Below, in pieces: positions 13,021 to 26,199 of a DNA stretch of 64,000 nt. Each line of letters starts with the position of its first letter. The stretch's first letter is position 1. This DNA comes from the human T2T-CHM13v2.0 reference genome, Homo sapiens. A program made the translations under genes and the position numbers. The stretch lies in the NCBI RefSeq assembly GCF_009914755.1, contig NC_060925.1; one strand, written 5' to 3'. Below the pieces are notes generated by a model. That model was given only the letters and a program-made list of their open reading frames with translations. It did not search any database and was not told where the DNA came from.

Positions 13021-15589
13021 GCCTGTTTGCGTTCTGAACAAAGAAATGTGGGACTCAGTAAGGTGAGAAAAATGACATTTGCCTCCCTAAAGGATCACTA
13101 ACATTTAGCCCTTGCAGGAAGAACTGAGGTTGAAGAATGGAGTCCAAGAAGCACAATGTTTCTAACACCAGGAGCTGTATGGATTGGGGATCAGAAGGAA
13201 GCTGAGCTGGAACTTAAGATGCCTAAAGAGCAAGAAGGGATTATTAAGCCAGTACAAGAATAATAAAGTATAAAGTTACATCTGAACAAATCAAAAAGCC
13301 TATACAGGGAACCAAGATATAATGTGAAACAAAACACTAAGAAAACCTTTTCTTTCATTTTTTTATTTGTAAGATGAATTCAATTTATAGAAGGCAAAAT
13401 ATGTTCAAAAAGAAAAGTTGTGCCTTTGAGAGACAGAAGAAAGCAGATAACATATGTCTGTGGAAAATCCGAGGCTTCAACATACATCAGCATGTCCTTT
13501 AAGGTATAAATTGTGTTGGTTTCTATACTTAGATTTCATTCCTAGCGATAGCAAAAGCCAAGTGTGAGGGAAGAGTTTAGAGATAAACATGATAGAGAAG
13601 GAAATAAAGGGCATTTTTTACATCCAGCGATTTCAGCCATCCTTCCCTCCCTCAAAACAAAAATTCTGACAAATTTAAGAAATTTATGATTGCTATTGCA
13701 GCCAAAGGGCAGTTGAGTAAACGGAAATATATCTTACAGTTTGTTTCCAAAAGTTAAAAAATATTATCATAATTCCTTTTGGTGATTTCAGTATCTCAGG
13801 TAGGATAGAATCAACCCTATCTATAAAGATATTTAGGAAGCAAAGTAGCATTATTGCTTAACAAATACCTTGACTAACTAATTAAGGCTTCAGAAAAAGA
13901 AGACAGAGAGCGAGATTTTTCTGATTATCATCACTCCATAATTACTAGTATTTTCCATAACCTAGGTAACTCAGCTGTCTAAGAAACAAAATCCAGCTGA
14001 AACTGAACCGTCTAAAGTTTTCCTTCTACACTTTTTTAAGGCCCAGCGCAGGATCCCTGTCATGCTAAAGTCTCTCCTGGATGTCTGGAAAAAGTCTTAT
14101 AGTCTGGGAGACATTCCAAAATATGTGCAGTGACCATTGCCACAGGCGTGAACTTCTTAATGCATTTTGCAGAAATCTCCTCCACAATGAAATTGATTAC
14201 TGTCTGAAAGGATTTTTTTCCCCTTTTCAAAATAGCAAGCAGCTAGAATATGCTTTTCTTATGTTTTATTACATCCTTAAGTATCTCATGTGGACTGAAT
14301 GTGACTGGAGAAAGTTACCGGTCTGAATCTGATACATAATGTCTAGTTTAAAACAATTTTTTTACATTGATGGGTTAGATGAACAGCGAAAGGAAAAACT
14401 CTGGATGTTTGAAGACTACACATACAAAATTGTACACTGATTACTAAAACTTGAGTTTCTGCACAGTTTTCCTGCTGCAGAAACTGAAATAAGATCAGAG
14501 AATAAATGTGAAGAAATGGATTTTCAAGGAACAGGTGGAAATTGAAAAGAAAATGGAACCTGGAGTTTTGTGAGTGTGTCTGTCTGCCTTATGAGAATGA
14601 CATTTATGAGGATGAAGGAGGGTTGGAGGGTTTGTTGTAATGCTTTTACATAATCAAGATCAAATTGTTCAAGCTCTTTAATGTTATCTATTTGTTGTAT
14701 TTAACAAAGGAATGAATTTGTAGCTAATAGGCAGTAATTTGGTTTTTATTCACCTAATAGAAATATTGTAGCAGAGCTGTCACCAGGCTTGTTGTAATGT
14801 CAAACAAAAAGTCTGATAAATGAGAAAAAAAGGATATACAGGGAATATATTGCAATTGCAATCATAGCAAAGAAAGAACAGAAAGGATGTCGATTATGAG
14901 ATTTCTAATTCTTGATTTTGTAGCAGTTTCCATATTCTTGCTAGAAGCTGGAAAGTTGCTCAGTCCCTGGTATCAATCACACCTCAGCTAGACACTGAGG
15001 CTAGTCACTGCTGCTGGAAGATTTCTTCCTGACAATGATTCATATGAGCCAATTGTCAGGAGTTTTGAAGTTCTGAAATAGAAGTTGATGTATGTCTTTT
15101 ACTGTGGTGCAGTCACTGAACATATTTCATATGACGGAAAATAGCTTTGCAGAAAAATTAACCTATTCCTTATCTTTAAACAACGTTGCCTTCAAAAATT
15201 ACCAACTCATTCACAAGCATTACATTTTCTGAGCTTTTCACATTTCTTAATCTTATGGTGCACAGTCACCACAGGAGAAGGTGTGATATGTCATTTAAAA
15301 AGCCCAAACCTTTCGCTTTGTATTGTCACAAGGAACTAAAAACAAGGCAAATAAGTGTTTCAACTTATGCTCTTAGAAATTATTTCTTAAATACCACAAA
15401 CTGATTTGGGTATATCACAAGGAAAGATCAGATAATTCTAATCCATGCTGAACATGTGATTTTGAAACAGAAACAGTAAAGATGAAAGGTGAAAGCTCCC
15501 ATAGTAGGACCAGTACTGGAAGAGAGAGAGAGTGCTTTTTGACTGATGTACTCTCGCCTTACCTGAGTCTTTTGGTGTGAAATCATGGT

Positions 15590-15770
15590 CTTTTAGCACT
15601 GGAACAAACCTTAGAGATCGTCGTGTAGTCAAACATCTTTTTTTTGTAGATGAAGGAAACTAAGGACTGGAAAGGTGAACTAAGTTGCCCAGGTCAAAGA
15701 GCTACTTGGAGGAAGAAAATCTGAATCTCAAGAAGTTGGTTTGCAAACTTCTAAGTCCAGTGTTCTTTCT
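15590..15770 (-). mobile_element. MIR (MIRb/MIR3-like)
   Basis: ccttagagatc..gtagatgaaggaaactaagg..ttgcccaggtca. Confidence 0.65.
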
Positions 15771-16024
15771 TCTCTTTCCACACACTGTTTCTTCCACTGA
15801 ACTCTTCCTCTGAACAACAGGAGAGCAGCAGCAGTAATAAGTCCAGCACCATCAGGTCCGGGCCACAGCTGATTTTTAGAGGAGGCCCCTTGCACACAAA
15901 CCAAGTTTGCTTCTGGCCAATAGACCTAGAAATTACAGGCTGATCTTGCTTTACTCTATACGTGCTTCAGAAATGACTTCTTTGCAGAAACTGTGTTGGC
16001 ATGGTTAATTAAAAAGCATTGTTA

Positions 16025-16160
16025 GAAGAGGGCACAAGGGGAGTGTCATTCCAGGTGCTGGTAATGTTCTGTTTCTTGATCTGGATGTGGGTTACATGGG
16101 AACATTCAGTTTGTGGAAATTATGTGATGTATATTTCTGGATATTTCAACAAAAAGTTAA
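16025..16160 (+). mobile_element. L1ME 3' end fragment
   Basis: ggtgctggtaatgttctgtttcttgatctgg..ggttacatgg..ttcagtttgtg. Confidence 0.65.
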
Positions 16161-16230
16161 ACAAAGCTTACAGAACAATTAAGAATCCATTGTTACAAAA
16201 AAAAAAAAAAAAAAAAAAAAGCCTATTGGT

Positions 16231-16522
16231 GGCCGGGCATAGTGGCTCACACCTGTAATCCTAGCGCTTCAGGAGGCCAAGGCAGGTAGATCATGAGATC
16301 AGGAGTTTGAACCAGACTGGCCAACATAGTGAAACCCCGTCTCTACTGAAAAAGCAAAAAATTAGCGAGGCATGGTGGCAGGTGGCTGTAATCCCAGCTA
16401 TCGGGAGGCTGAGGCAGGAGCATAGCTTGAACGTGGGAGGTAGAGGTTGTGCTGAACCAAGATCATGTCACTGCACTCCAGCCTGGGCAAGAGAGCAAGA
16501 CTCTGTCTCAAAAAAAAAAAAA
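16231..16522 (+). mobile_element. AluS (Sg-like)
   Basis: Full dimer ggccgggcat..ctgtctca(A)n; TSD (A)n-gc(c/a)tattgg on both sides. Confidence 0.95.
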
Positions 16523-16990
16523 GCATATTGGCATCAGAGAAATTAAATACCTCTAGAAATGATTCTGCAAGCACATTTTAACAATTTTTAAACAAAATTT
16601 TAAACAAAAACAGCCATCATTATTTGGCATAGCAAGAGTTTTACTGTAAAGCAAATTTAATCACTCCTTCAGGTAGAAACGTTTTCCTGATACTGTGGCC
16701 TTCCTTCATACTGTGTAACTGCCAAAGGAATCACTTAAAAATAAAAGCTATTATATGCTTCTTACATCTTTAGACAATGGGAATTATTCTAAATTACAGC
16801 TGACAGAAAGCATTTTTTCTATTCTTCATTTGACTTTGTGTTGTATATCTAAGGACTTGAGAAATTGATTTCAAAATTTCATGGTAACTTGTCATAATCC
16901 TTATGGAGGAAAATAAAACATAGAAGTTGGTCTGGCTGGGCAATATATTGTCCTACTTGTTTAACTATTGCTGTTAACAAAGAAAAGTTT

Positions 16991-17140
16991 AGGAGGGATA
17001 GCATTAGGAGATATACCTAATGTAAATGTTACGAGTTAATGGGTGCAGCACACCAACATGGCACATGTATACATATGTAACAAACCTGCACGTTGTGCAC
17101 ATGTACCCTAGAACTTAAAGTATAATAAAAAAAAAGAAAA
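16991..17140 (+). mobile_element. 5'-truncated L1PA5-like 3' end (~150 bp)
   Basis: gggatagcattaggagatatacctaatgtaaat..gtaccctagaacttaaagtataata + poly(A); TSD aaaagttt at 16983-16990 and 17141-17148. Confidence 0.92.
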
Positions 17141-18658
17141 AAAAGTTTGGATACATATACATACATATGTACATATATACACATACACACACCTCATCCC
17201 CCCCCACACACAAATAATTGGCATACAGTGAATATATTTTACCACTAAAGCTGTACTAAACGTAATTAGATATGTTTGGGATAAGTCAGAAGTATTTTCG
17301 AATCTTACAGTAACTTAATTATTATATACTATAGTTAATATCCTGCAGCTATAAAAATGACTGGGAACAAGCTAGGATATAAATTTAAAAGTAAATGCAT
17401 AGGAGTGTGGGTATAGAAAGATCGCTGAAAAAATTAATACTTATAAATCAGCCATTTTTTTTCAATAGTAACACTGAGAGAATGAGAAAATACCTGCAAT
17501 TAGTGTATTTTAAATTAGTCCTTCTTTCCTTTTACAGCTGCCAGTGGAGGGCATATTGATCAGAGAAAGGACCAAATAGACAAAAATGCAGAAAACAGAT
17601 CTATGGTGTAAAGTGCCGAAGTAATTGATCCTTACCTAGTAAATATTCACATATGTTAACGTAAGTTAATACTGTTAGGAAACTGAGACCAATTTCATAA
17701 ACAATATGCAACTATTTGGAAATTTCAATTATAGATGCTCAACAAATATCAAGTAAGCACATTTAAACCTAAAGACGAGTGTTCGGATATTTCAGTGGAA
17801 CATTTTAGTATTGGTTCTGACTGTAATAATCCTGGCCAATATGTGTAGACTCTTTTAGTAGTCATTGTTTCCAAGCTGATTGGGCAGAGACCATGTCTAT
17901 TGCACTTTTGAATAGCAACTTGAATCCTCTTGGCTTCTGGAACATATAAAATAACAATGTTCTCCAGAAATGCTGCCATTTGGTAACTTCTCTTTGGAGT
18001 GCAAACTTAAATTCTTGGTTATAAGTAGTATGTGCATATGCCCCGGTGTCCACATGCACAGATCTCTATGGGCATCAAATAAGGTATGCTTGCTGGGAAA
18101 TAGAATGATTTTTGAATGCATAAGAACCCAAAGAGGATGACATAAACTTAGCGAAGTTTTCAAGCTCCAGTCTTTATTATGTATGTATGTTTTAAATTAA
18201 GAAGCAATCCAAAGGTTGAAAATCAGGGAAATCAGAGGCAGTTAATTTTATCAGAGAAAAAAATTGGAAGATAAAAGCTTTGGAAGATATCAGAGCAAAA
18301 ATTGGAAGATAAAAAAATGAGAGGAATAGCAAAAACAAATTTTTAAGGTAAAACTATAAATTTTCTTTTGAAATTGTACATATTCGTTGGACTCAATAGT
18401 CATCTTCTCTTACTGGAACTAACTAAGAGTTAGTCCCTGTGACTGCTTACAAGGCAGAGCCAGGTAATTGATGCATCAGAAACCTAGCTGTTGAACCACT
18501 GTGTGAATCTTTAGGCCATGAGGCTTAATTCTAATTTTAAGCAGATTTGGCTCTTATAAATCCTAAAGAGTGATAAAGCCTTGAGTTATTTTCTTGAAAA
18601 TATCTGATAATTCAATTTATAATTTATTCTTAACACTCTCTTTAAAAAAAAAAGAAAG

Positions 18659-18695
18659 AAAACTTAAAGTATAATAATAATAAAATTTAAAAAAA
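18659..18695 (+). mobile_element. Ultra-short L1PA 3'-terminal insertion
   Basis: aaaacttaaagtataataataataaaa matches the young-L1 terminus; flanked by (A)n-gaaa direct repeats. Confidence 0.7.
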
Positions 18696-19423
18696 AAAAA
18701 AAGAAAAGTAAGGGACCAGATCAGGGGTAGAACAAAGCTGCAGACATATATTTTTCAAACCTGCTGTCAAGGAAATCAGAGGCATAAGAAAACTTGAACA
18801 GAATCAAGAAATTTACCATTTAGTTATAAAATTAGATGCAGCATTCCATATCTCATCCAAATATAATAATCTATTGGGAAATCATATTCAGGAGTGGCTT
18901 CTCCATCAAAGGTATAATTCCCTTGGAAGATTCACATGTATTTTATACAGTTTATCCCTAAAAATGTTTAAAGACAACTCTGTGTAAAATGTGAAGTACT
19001 TGACTTCCTTATTAGTGACTTTATCTGAGGCATGGTCTACCATAGTAGTGATTACACTGCCCATTAACCAGTGAGTATTGATCTATTTATTCCTGAAAAA
19101 TTTCCCTCCCCATTTAAAAATAAGCAGAAATAAAAACCTGGCTTCGTCATTTGTGATGGATGCTAAAGTCATGACTAGATAAAAGACTTCAATTTATCAG
19201 TTTATGTCTGAAGCCGAAAACTACTTGTTGATCTCTTAAATTCAAAAGGTTACTTGGAAACACTCAAGGCCAAATTGGAGAAAAATGATTAATCCATTTT
19301 AGTAAGTGCTTCTTTCTTATAAATGGAATTTAACTCCTTGGGCAAATGTAACGTTCTTTTTACTTCTGTGATTGCTAAAGTTTCTTTAGGATAAACATAG
19401 AAAAGAAATGGGAGTAGAGGGAA

Positions 19424-19461
19424 TACACACACACACATGCACACACACACACACACACACA
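19424..19461. repeat. (CA)n microsatellite
   Basis: Interrupted CA run. Confidence 0.9.
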
Positions 19462-21139
19462 TGCTGCAACCACACAAAGCACAAAGCAATTGTTGAATAT
19501 GTCTGTGACCTTTGTTTATGTTCATATTTCAAAGTCAAGATAAGCCAATTTTCCCACCTAGAGATTTTCCCTCTGTAATTGGATATGTATCTAGATATTT
19601 ACTATCATAATGGATTCTGGAAATGACACTAAAATTTCATTTCACTACCAGCCAACCAAATTTCTGATCTTTCAAAAATTAGGTCATTTAAAAGCTTTGC
19701 AAGAATCTCAGTTTATTAATTGGGGTGACACATTTATAGTTATTGGTTACAATATCAATGGAATCTTTCTTAATAAAACAATGTTCTCACTATAATTATA
19801 GTCCACAAGCACTATGAGCCACATAGTGGCATTTAAGATGCTCTCACCTTCTTCAGCCTCCTTATACCTCACTCTTAGAGCATCACTACTATCCCTTAAA
19901 ATATGGAAAGGTGGAGAAATCTTTCTGAGCTTGGGCACTTCCACTAACTCTTATTTTGCTGCTGGTCCCTGTCCCTTTGAGGAGCAACAGCACTAAAAAG
20001 CTACTTTCAGAGATCCAAAACCAACATGGTTCGTGGAAAGCCATGTATTGGTATGGCTGGGGCCTGCCAACCAATTGTGTTCAGTCCTTTACTCTCAGAG
20101 ATATTTAAAATCTCCTACTGGCTCCTTTTGTGTAGCGGTAAGTGAAGATTCAATGGGACAAGGCTCTAAATGGACTGGAGGCCTCTTTTCCATTAGAGAT
20201 GTGTTTCCTCATAGACTTTTGTCTTCACACTTTATTTTCTTGTGCCCACTGCCTCTTATTCGATCATTTGTTATTTCTATTCTCAAACTCTCTTTCTTCT
20301 TCTCCTAATTTTGTTTCTGAAAATTTAGCCTGTATCTTACAATCTACTATATACCAGGCAGTGCTCCACTCTCTCCTTACTTTTTTAACTACAGCCTATC
20401 AACCAAAGTTTATTCTATGGTTGACTTCCTCTCAGGAAAAAGACTGAGAGGAATAGACAAAACTTTGTAAAGAAATGTATGGGATGGTTGTGGGAGGGAA
20501 ATCACAATGAGTGCATTTGGAAAAATACATAAACTACCTGTCTTCTTATGTTCATGATCATATTTTAAACTAGAATGGTTAACAGCTGTGTCTTTCCTGA
20601 ATTATTATAAGCTAGTTTTATAGTGAATAACATTCTATATTTGTTCAGCGTATTTTAGATAATGAGGTAGGAAAAATTTCTGTAGTATATTTATTCCTGC
20701 TAAAATAGATTATGGTCTATAGAATCTGGTTATCCGCTATTTAAAATGTTTCCTACATGTTTGAGGGTTTCAAAAGTGTCCTTTTCATTTGTGAAATTTA
20801 ATTCTATTCTCTAGACATAATCTCAGTGTTATATCATTACAGAGAGTACTTTAGTGAACAGTCAAATAGGAAGAGAGTAAAAGAAGAACACTGGCATGTT
20901 GAGCCAGACTCTTAAGAAAAGCAATTAATAAGAAAATAGCTCTGTAACCCAATGAGAATTAAATAGTGAGATTAATAGAAACTAAATAATTGGATGGTTT
21001 GGGTTTGGATTATGTACATGAAGATTTTTTTTTTTAAAGTGAAAGAATTTTGTTCTTTGTTACACTGGTAACATTAAAATTAATGAGTAAGGGTAAGGAG
21101 GACTGAGGAATTGAGGTAATTTGTGGTTTCACTGTAACA

Positions 21140-21377
21140 AGGTGAAGAAGACAACTTTTGGCAAGTTTTTTGTTGGCATATCTGATTTGCACTAATATGA
21201 TGTTATTTACAATATTTATCCCACTTAAGTGAGTATTTGCATATTTTACTATAGAAACGTGGGGGTTTGTGGTATATGATATATACAAAATATTACCTTT
21301 ATAAATTCTAAAAAAAATCTGAATTCTGAAATATATGTGGCTCCAAGGACTTCAGATAAGGAATTGTGGACTTGCAT
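21140..21377. mobile_element. TcMar-Tigger relic (MER46C-like)
   Basis: End aaaatctgaattctgaaatatatgtggctccaagg..cagataagggaattgtggacttg. Confidence 0.6.
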
Positions 21378-21754
21378 ATCTATTGACTGTTGGGAGGAAA
21401 ACTTTAAGAGGTATTATGAGTGAGCTATAACCTCCTCTTTAATAAGAAGAGTCAGTAACTGTTGTCTAAAGTGGTTAAGTTGAGAAGTAAAAGTATAAGC
21501 ATATAATATAGTGTTATGGATCAGAATATCTAAAGAGAAATTAAAAGAAATTTCTCTTTGAAGTAGAGGTAAAGAGGGTTGGAGCGGGAGACTTGCTTCT
21601 CATCACACCTTCTTCCAAACTATGAACTGTTATCATGTGCATGCATTATTAATACTTTAGTTTTAAAAATTAAATTAATTATTTCAACAAACTTGCCTTG
21701 AGTTTATGTAATGTGTTAGGCATGGTATCTGGAAGCGTGAAAATTGAAACCTTT

Positions 21755-22086
21755 GTCTGGGCACAATGGCTCATGCCTGTAATCGCAGTGCTTTGGGAGG
21801 CTGAGGTAGGAGAATTGCTTGAGCCCAGGAATTCAAGACCAGCCTGGGCAACATAGAAAGATCTCATCTCTACAAAAAATAAAAAATAAAAGAAAACTAG
21901 CTGGGCATGGTGGCATGCACCCCTGGTCCCAGCTGTTCAGGAAGCTGATGTGAGAAGATCGCTTGAACCCCGAAGGTCAAGGCTGCAGTGAGCTGAGATT
22001 GCATCACTGCACTGCAGTATCACTGCACTCCAGCCTGGGTGACAGAGGAATACCCTGTCTCAAAAAAAAAAAAAAAAAAAAAAAAA
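21755..22086 (+). mobile_element. AluJ
   Basis: ttgcttgagcccaggaattcaagaccagcctgggcaacatag (J diagnostics), poly(A) tail, internal 16-bp tandem duplication atcactgcact(g/c)cag. Confidence 0.93.
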
Positions 22087-23959
22087 GAAGACGCTCTCAA
22101 GAGTTCTAATATGTAAAATAGACTTGTAAACAATGAGGCTTGATATGAAACAGTAAAGTGATCATTTTTATAGCATTATATACAGAGAAGACAGTGACTA
22201 CTATTTTCCAGCTAAGAGAGTGTACATCTAGGTGTGTATGAGGGTAATGGGCCTGGTGAACTGTAGGAGAGGGAAGAGGAAAGTCAGTCAAGGGAGCCTT
22301 CACAGAGGTGCTGGACCTTTTTAGAACGCAAAAGACTCAATCTGAGAGGCGTCAGAGGGAGACAGACACAAGGTGAAGATGTAGAAAAGTTCTTGATGGA
22401 GAGCACTCTTCCATGCCCTCCTTGTAGCTAGAGAAAACCAGGCTGTAGCTCCTTTAATTTAAATCTGCCTTCCCCAGCAAACAAGAAGCTATTTGGATAT
22501 TTTGTTTTGTTTTTCCTGAAGGGTGACAGTAGAGGGTGGGAAAGGTACATTTTACATAGGAGATTTATATCTTAATTTTACTCTCAAAATAGAAGACCCT
22601 GAGAAAATACACATGAGCAGGGAATTTTTTAAAAGAAATTCAGTTTAAAGTCAGCTTTTTCTAGATTGCAAGTAAGCTGTGTAGAGTAAGGGAAACATGG
22701 CTCATCTGGCCAGGGTTCTAAAGTAGGCAAGCTAACTAAATCTCACAGGAGGTCTTCGAGGAGAGCAAACCCAGAATTCATTGCATTAATCCAGCCTAAA
22801 TATTTTAAGGACATGAACAAATATGATGATGTCATTGAAGAGAAAGGGTTGTTTGCTTCCATACCCATTTTGGCAGCTGTAGCAGCTGTGGTATCTCTTC
22901 AAACACTCAGATTGTAGGTTAAACCCTAAAGTTGAGCCTTTGAGTTTCAGGGCTAGATAGGAGTTTCTTGAAATACCAGCCTTCTGATATAACAGAAATT
23001 ATGACAGAGGAGCTGTATACAAATTGGCTATAATGGGGAGTGATCAGATACATTGTGAATAAATACAATATACAAAGAGTTAATATTAAAAATATGGAGA
23101 ATGGGGGAAAACTCAAAAAAGAGAGCTCAAGAATCAATGCTTCAAGTGCATGTAGAGTTAAGAGTGCACATGGGGGAGGCAGTGAGGCCTCTGACAGGTG
23201 GTAGGGGAAGTAAGTTGACAGATGAGCTTTATATTTCTTGAAAATTTTCTCTTTATCTCAGTTCACAGAGGCGGATGGGAAAGGAACAGATGTCAGAAAC
23301 AGCAGTGATTCTCAGGGAAGATTAAATGGTAGAGGAAATGGAGATCGCATTACCAAATAAGATGGGAAGGGAAAGCAGTGTGTTTAAGTAGAACTAGACA
23401 GAATGACCAGGTGGAATTTGGATTTGAAGTTTTAGGGGATATCATGTTAAAGCAGTAAACACCAAGCTATCACAATCTGACCCGTTGAGATTCCATTAAT
23501 TGATAACGATGATGAGTACTTCTTTATTTGTTAATAAAAGCGTGCCATAAAGAATAGGCACATTAAAGTTTTCATTTAAAAATACATGTATTGTTCCATT
23601 TCAGAATTGTTAAGAAGTTGAAATATTCTTATAACATTAGAAAGAACTAAGGTTTAGGAAGATTTGGGATTACGTGAGAGTTGCTTGTATCACATCATGT
23701 TACTTTTCATTCAATTTTCTCCTTCATCAATCCCTCTTCCCTTCTCCCCTTTTCCTTCTTCATTTTTTCTCCTTATAGGGACATATGGAGGTATGGGAAC
23801 TCAGACGCAGTATTCAAAGAAAAAGAATGTATTATTAAGAAACTTGGTCACATTATTATTATAAAAGTATACATTCACTAAGAAAACATTTACATAAGAA
23901 AAGTACTCAATTAGATTTCTGGTCTATATATAAAAGATCTTCTCAACCAAAAACAACTT

Positions 23960-24075
23960 GAGGCTGGCATTTAGAAAACCTGAGCTCTAGTTCTACCCTA
24001 TCCCTCATTAGCCCTATGACTTCAGACAAATCATATGCCCTCTTTGGCTCTCAGTTTCTTCAACTGTGAAGAAGA
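23960..24075 (+). mobile_element. MIR fragment
   Basis: agaaaacctgagctctagttct..tgacttcagacaaatca..ctcagtttcttcaactgtgaa. Confidence 0.6.
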
Positions 24076-24279
24076 GCTTAGATCATGTCTGTAATATATA
24101 TGTTTTAATTATTTGAATACCATAGTCTAGGTGGTGATCTTAATGCAAGCAAATGCCGTTCACTTTAACAATCCACAGGGAAGAGATGGGAGAGATGGTT
24201 CCAAGAGCAGAAAACTATCTTGGTAAAGGAATTCCTACATTTTTATCCATTCATTCTACTAATACTAAGTAAACATCTG

Positions 24280-24650
24280 CTGTGATTTCCTATGCCTGGG
24301 AATGCATTTCTTCCAGATATCCACATTGCTTATTCCCTTGCCTCCTTTAGGGCTTCACTGTGTGGTCATCTCGTGAGGACTTCCTTCTTTCCTATTTAAA
24401 ATTATGTGCATGCACACACCACACTGTCTCTCTTGCTATCTCTCTTTCTCTCTCCAATTCTGGGACTCCCCATTCCTCTTTCTGTGATTTATTTTTCCCA
24501 ATAACACTAAATACTTTCTAATATTCTAAAAAGTTACCTATTTATTTTATTATTTAAATCCCCCGTTTGAAATTAAGATAAAGACAAAGACTTTGTAGGG
24601 TTTGTTCAATGCATAGAATAGAGTTTATCACATAGTAAGCCCTCAGTAAC
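24280..24650 (+). mobile_element. L2 3' end
   Basis: tgcctgggaatgcatttcttccagatatccaca..acatagtaagccctcagtaa. Confidence 0.65.
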
Positions 24651-25608
24651 AGAGTTCAAGTCTTAATCATCAAGTAGCTGAGGAATTCTAGACTCATTGC
24701 GAGTATATTATTTCAATGGGAATAGATAAGGAGACTAGGAAAGTCAGAGATAGTAATGGATTCACAATTCTGATTTTCAAACATCTTGAGCAACAGGATC
24801 TTTGTTTCTGACGAAAACTCATGTAGAAGCCACATGTGAAGAGTTAAGTGCAGACTTGGTCTAAGTGAAACAGGTGAAAGAAACATGGCCACTTGCTTTA
24901 GCTAGAATCACTACCTAAACTATGGTATTCACATCATAAAGAATGTACACGATGGATATATGATCCAAGCTCTTGCTTTTCTCCTGCCTCCTCAAGGTGG
25001 TCCCTGAAGAAATTCTGAACAGATTTTCTCAAAGTTGCCTAATATCAAAAATTACTTGGAACACTGGTTAAAAACACAGATCCCCTGGGGCTTTGCCCCT
25101 GGAAAGGAAAGGGAATATACCAAGAAGTTGGTGAAGAGGCCAAGGTTTGCATCAAGGAAGGTGATTATAGAGAACAAGAAACATCTGGATTTTCCGAGGC
25201 TGAATAAAGAGAAAGGTTAGCAAGAGGACAGGGGTCTACTTAGTAAAGTCATTTCAATGGTGGTCAGTCACTTACACTTGTCTCCCACATAAGAAGAAAA
25301 AATTGGATCCTGGTTTGGGCTGAGAATTGGATATGTTTAAAAAGAGAAAAACAAAGCCATATTTAGGGGTTTGTTTTGTTGAATTTTATTATTGACAATG
25401 GCGCCAAAGAACCAACATACAACCACTTGAACTAAATAGAACATTAACAGAGTTCTAAACATTCAAACATATGATGAAGGGAAAATTCCACTAGTCAAAG
25501 ATCTCAGAAGAGATATAACTTGCTCATTCACCGAAAACTTGTACACAAACAAAATCTAGAAAAAGATGTATGTATGATTCTTGTCCTTCTCTATTATCAG
25601 TTTCTTTT

Positions 25609-25934
25609 TAAATTTTTTAAGTGTTATTTTGTTTTTTACACATAGTAGTTGTATATACTATGGGGTGTAATGTGATGTTTCCATACACGTATACATTGCA
25701 TAATGTTCAAATCGGGGTAATTAGTATATCCATCACCTCAAACATTTATCATTTCTTTATAGTGGGTACATTCAAAATCCTCTAACTATTTTTAAGTATA
25801 CAGTACAATATTGTTAACTATAGTCACCATACTGTGCAATAGAGCACCAAAACTTATTCCTCCTGTCTAACTGTAACTTTGTATCTGTTGATCTCTTCCC
25901 ATCCTGCCCCTAACCCCACCTCTCCAGTCTCTGG
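25609..25934 (-). mobile_element. 5'-truncated L1MA (MA6-8-like) 3' end with TSD
   Basis: L1MA 3'UTR (atatccatcacctcaaacatttatcatttctt..ttaactatagtcaccatactgtgcaatag); TSD tatcagtttctttt at 25595-25608 and 25935-25948. Confidence 0.85.
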
Positions 25935-26199
25935 TATCAGTTTCTTTTTTCTTTTCTTTTTTTTTTTTTTTTACTATCAACAGAACCTCATCAAATTATC
26001 TCATTTAATGGTACCACCTCTCCAGGCATATCGGCAGGCACCAATTGGCAGGCACCATTGTATATCCATTCTGTCATAAAAAAAATCCCATATATCACTA
26101 TAAATTTTTGACCATTAGTCTTTATAGTTTTTTACATTCGTTGAAATATAACTTTTCTCTGAGAGCATCATATCCTCAAAACTATCTCAAATAGAGGGT

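Noticed and set aside
13002-13330. Processed pseudogene behind an orphan poly-T
   Set aside because: No polyadenylation signal, TSD or recognisable mRNA sequence.
19810-19828. cactatg/catagtg hairpin
   Set aside because: A 7-bp stem is within chance expectation.
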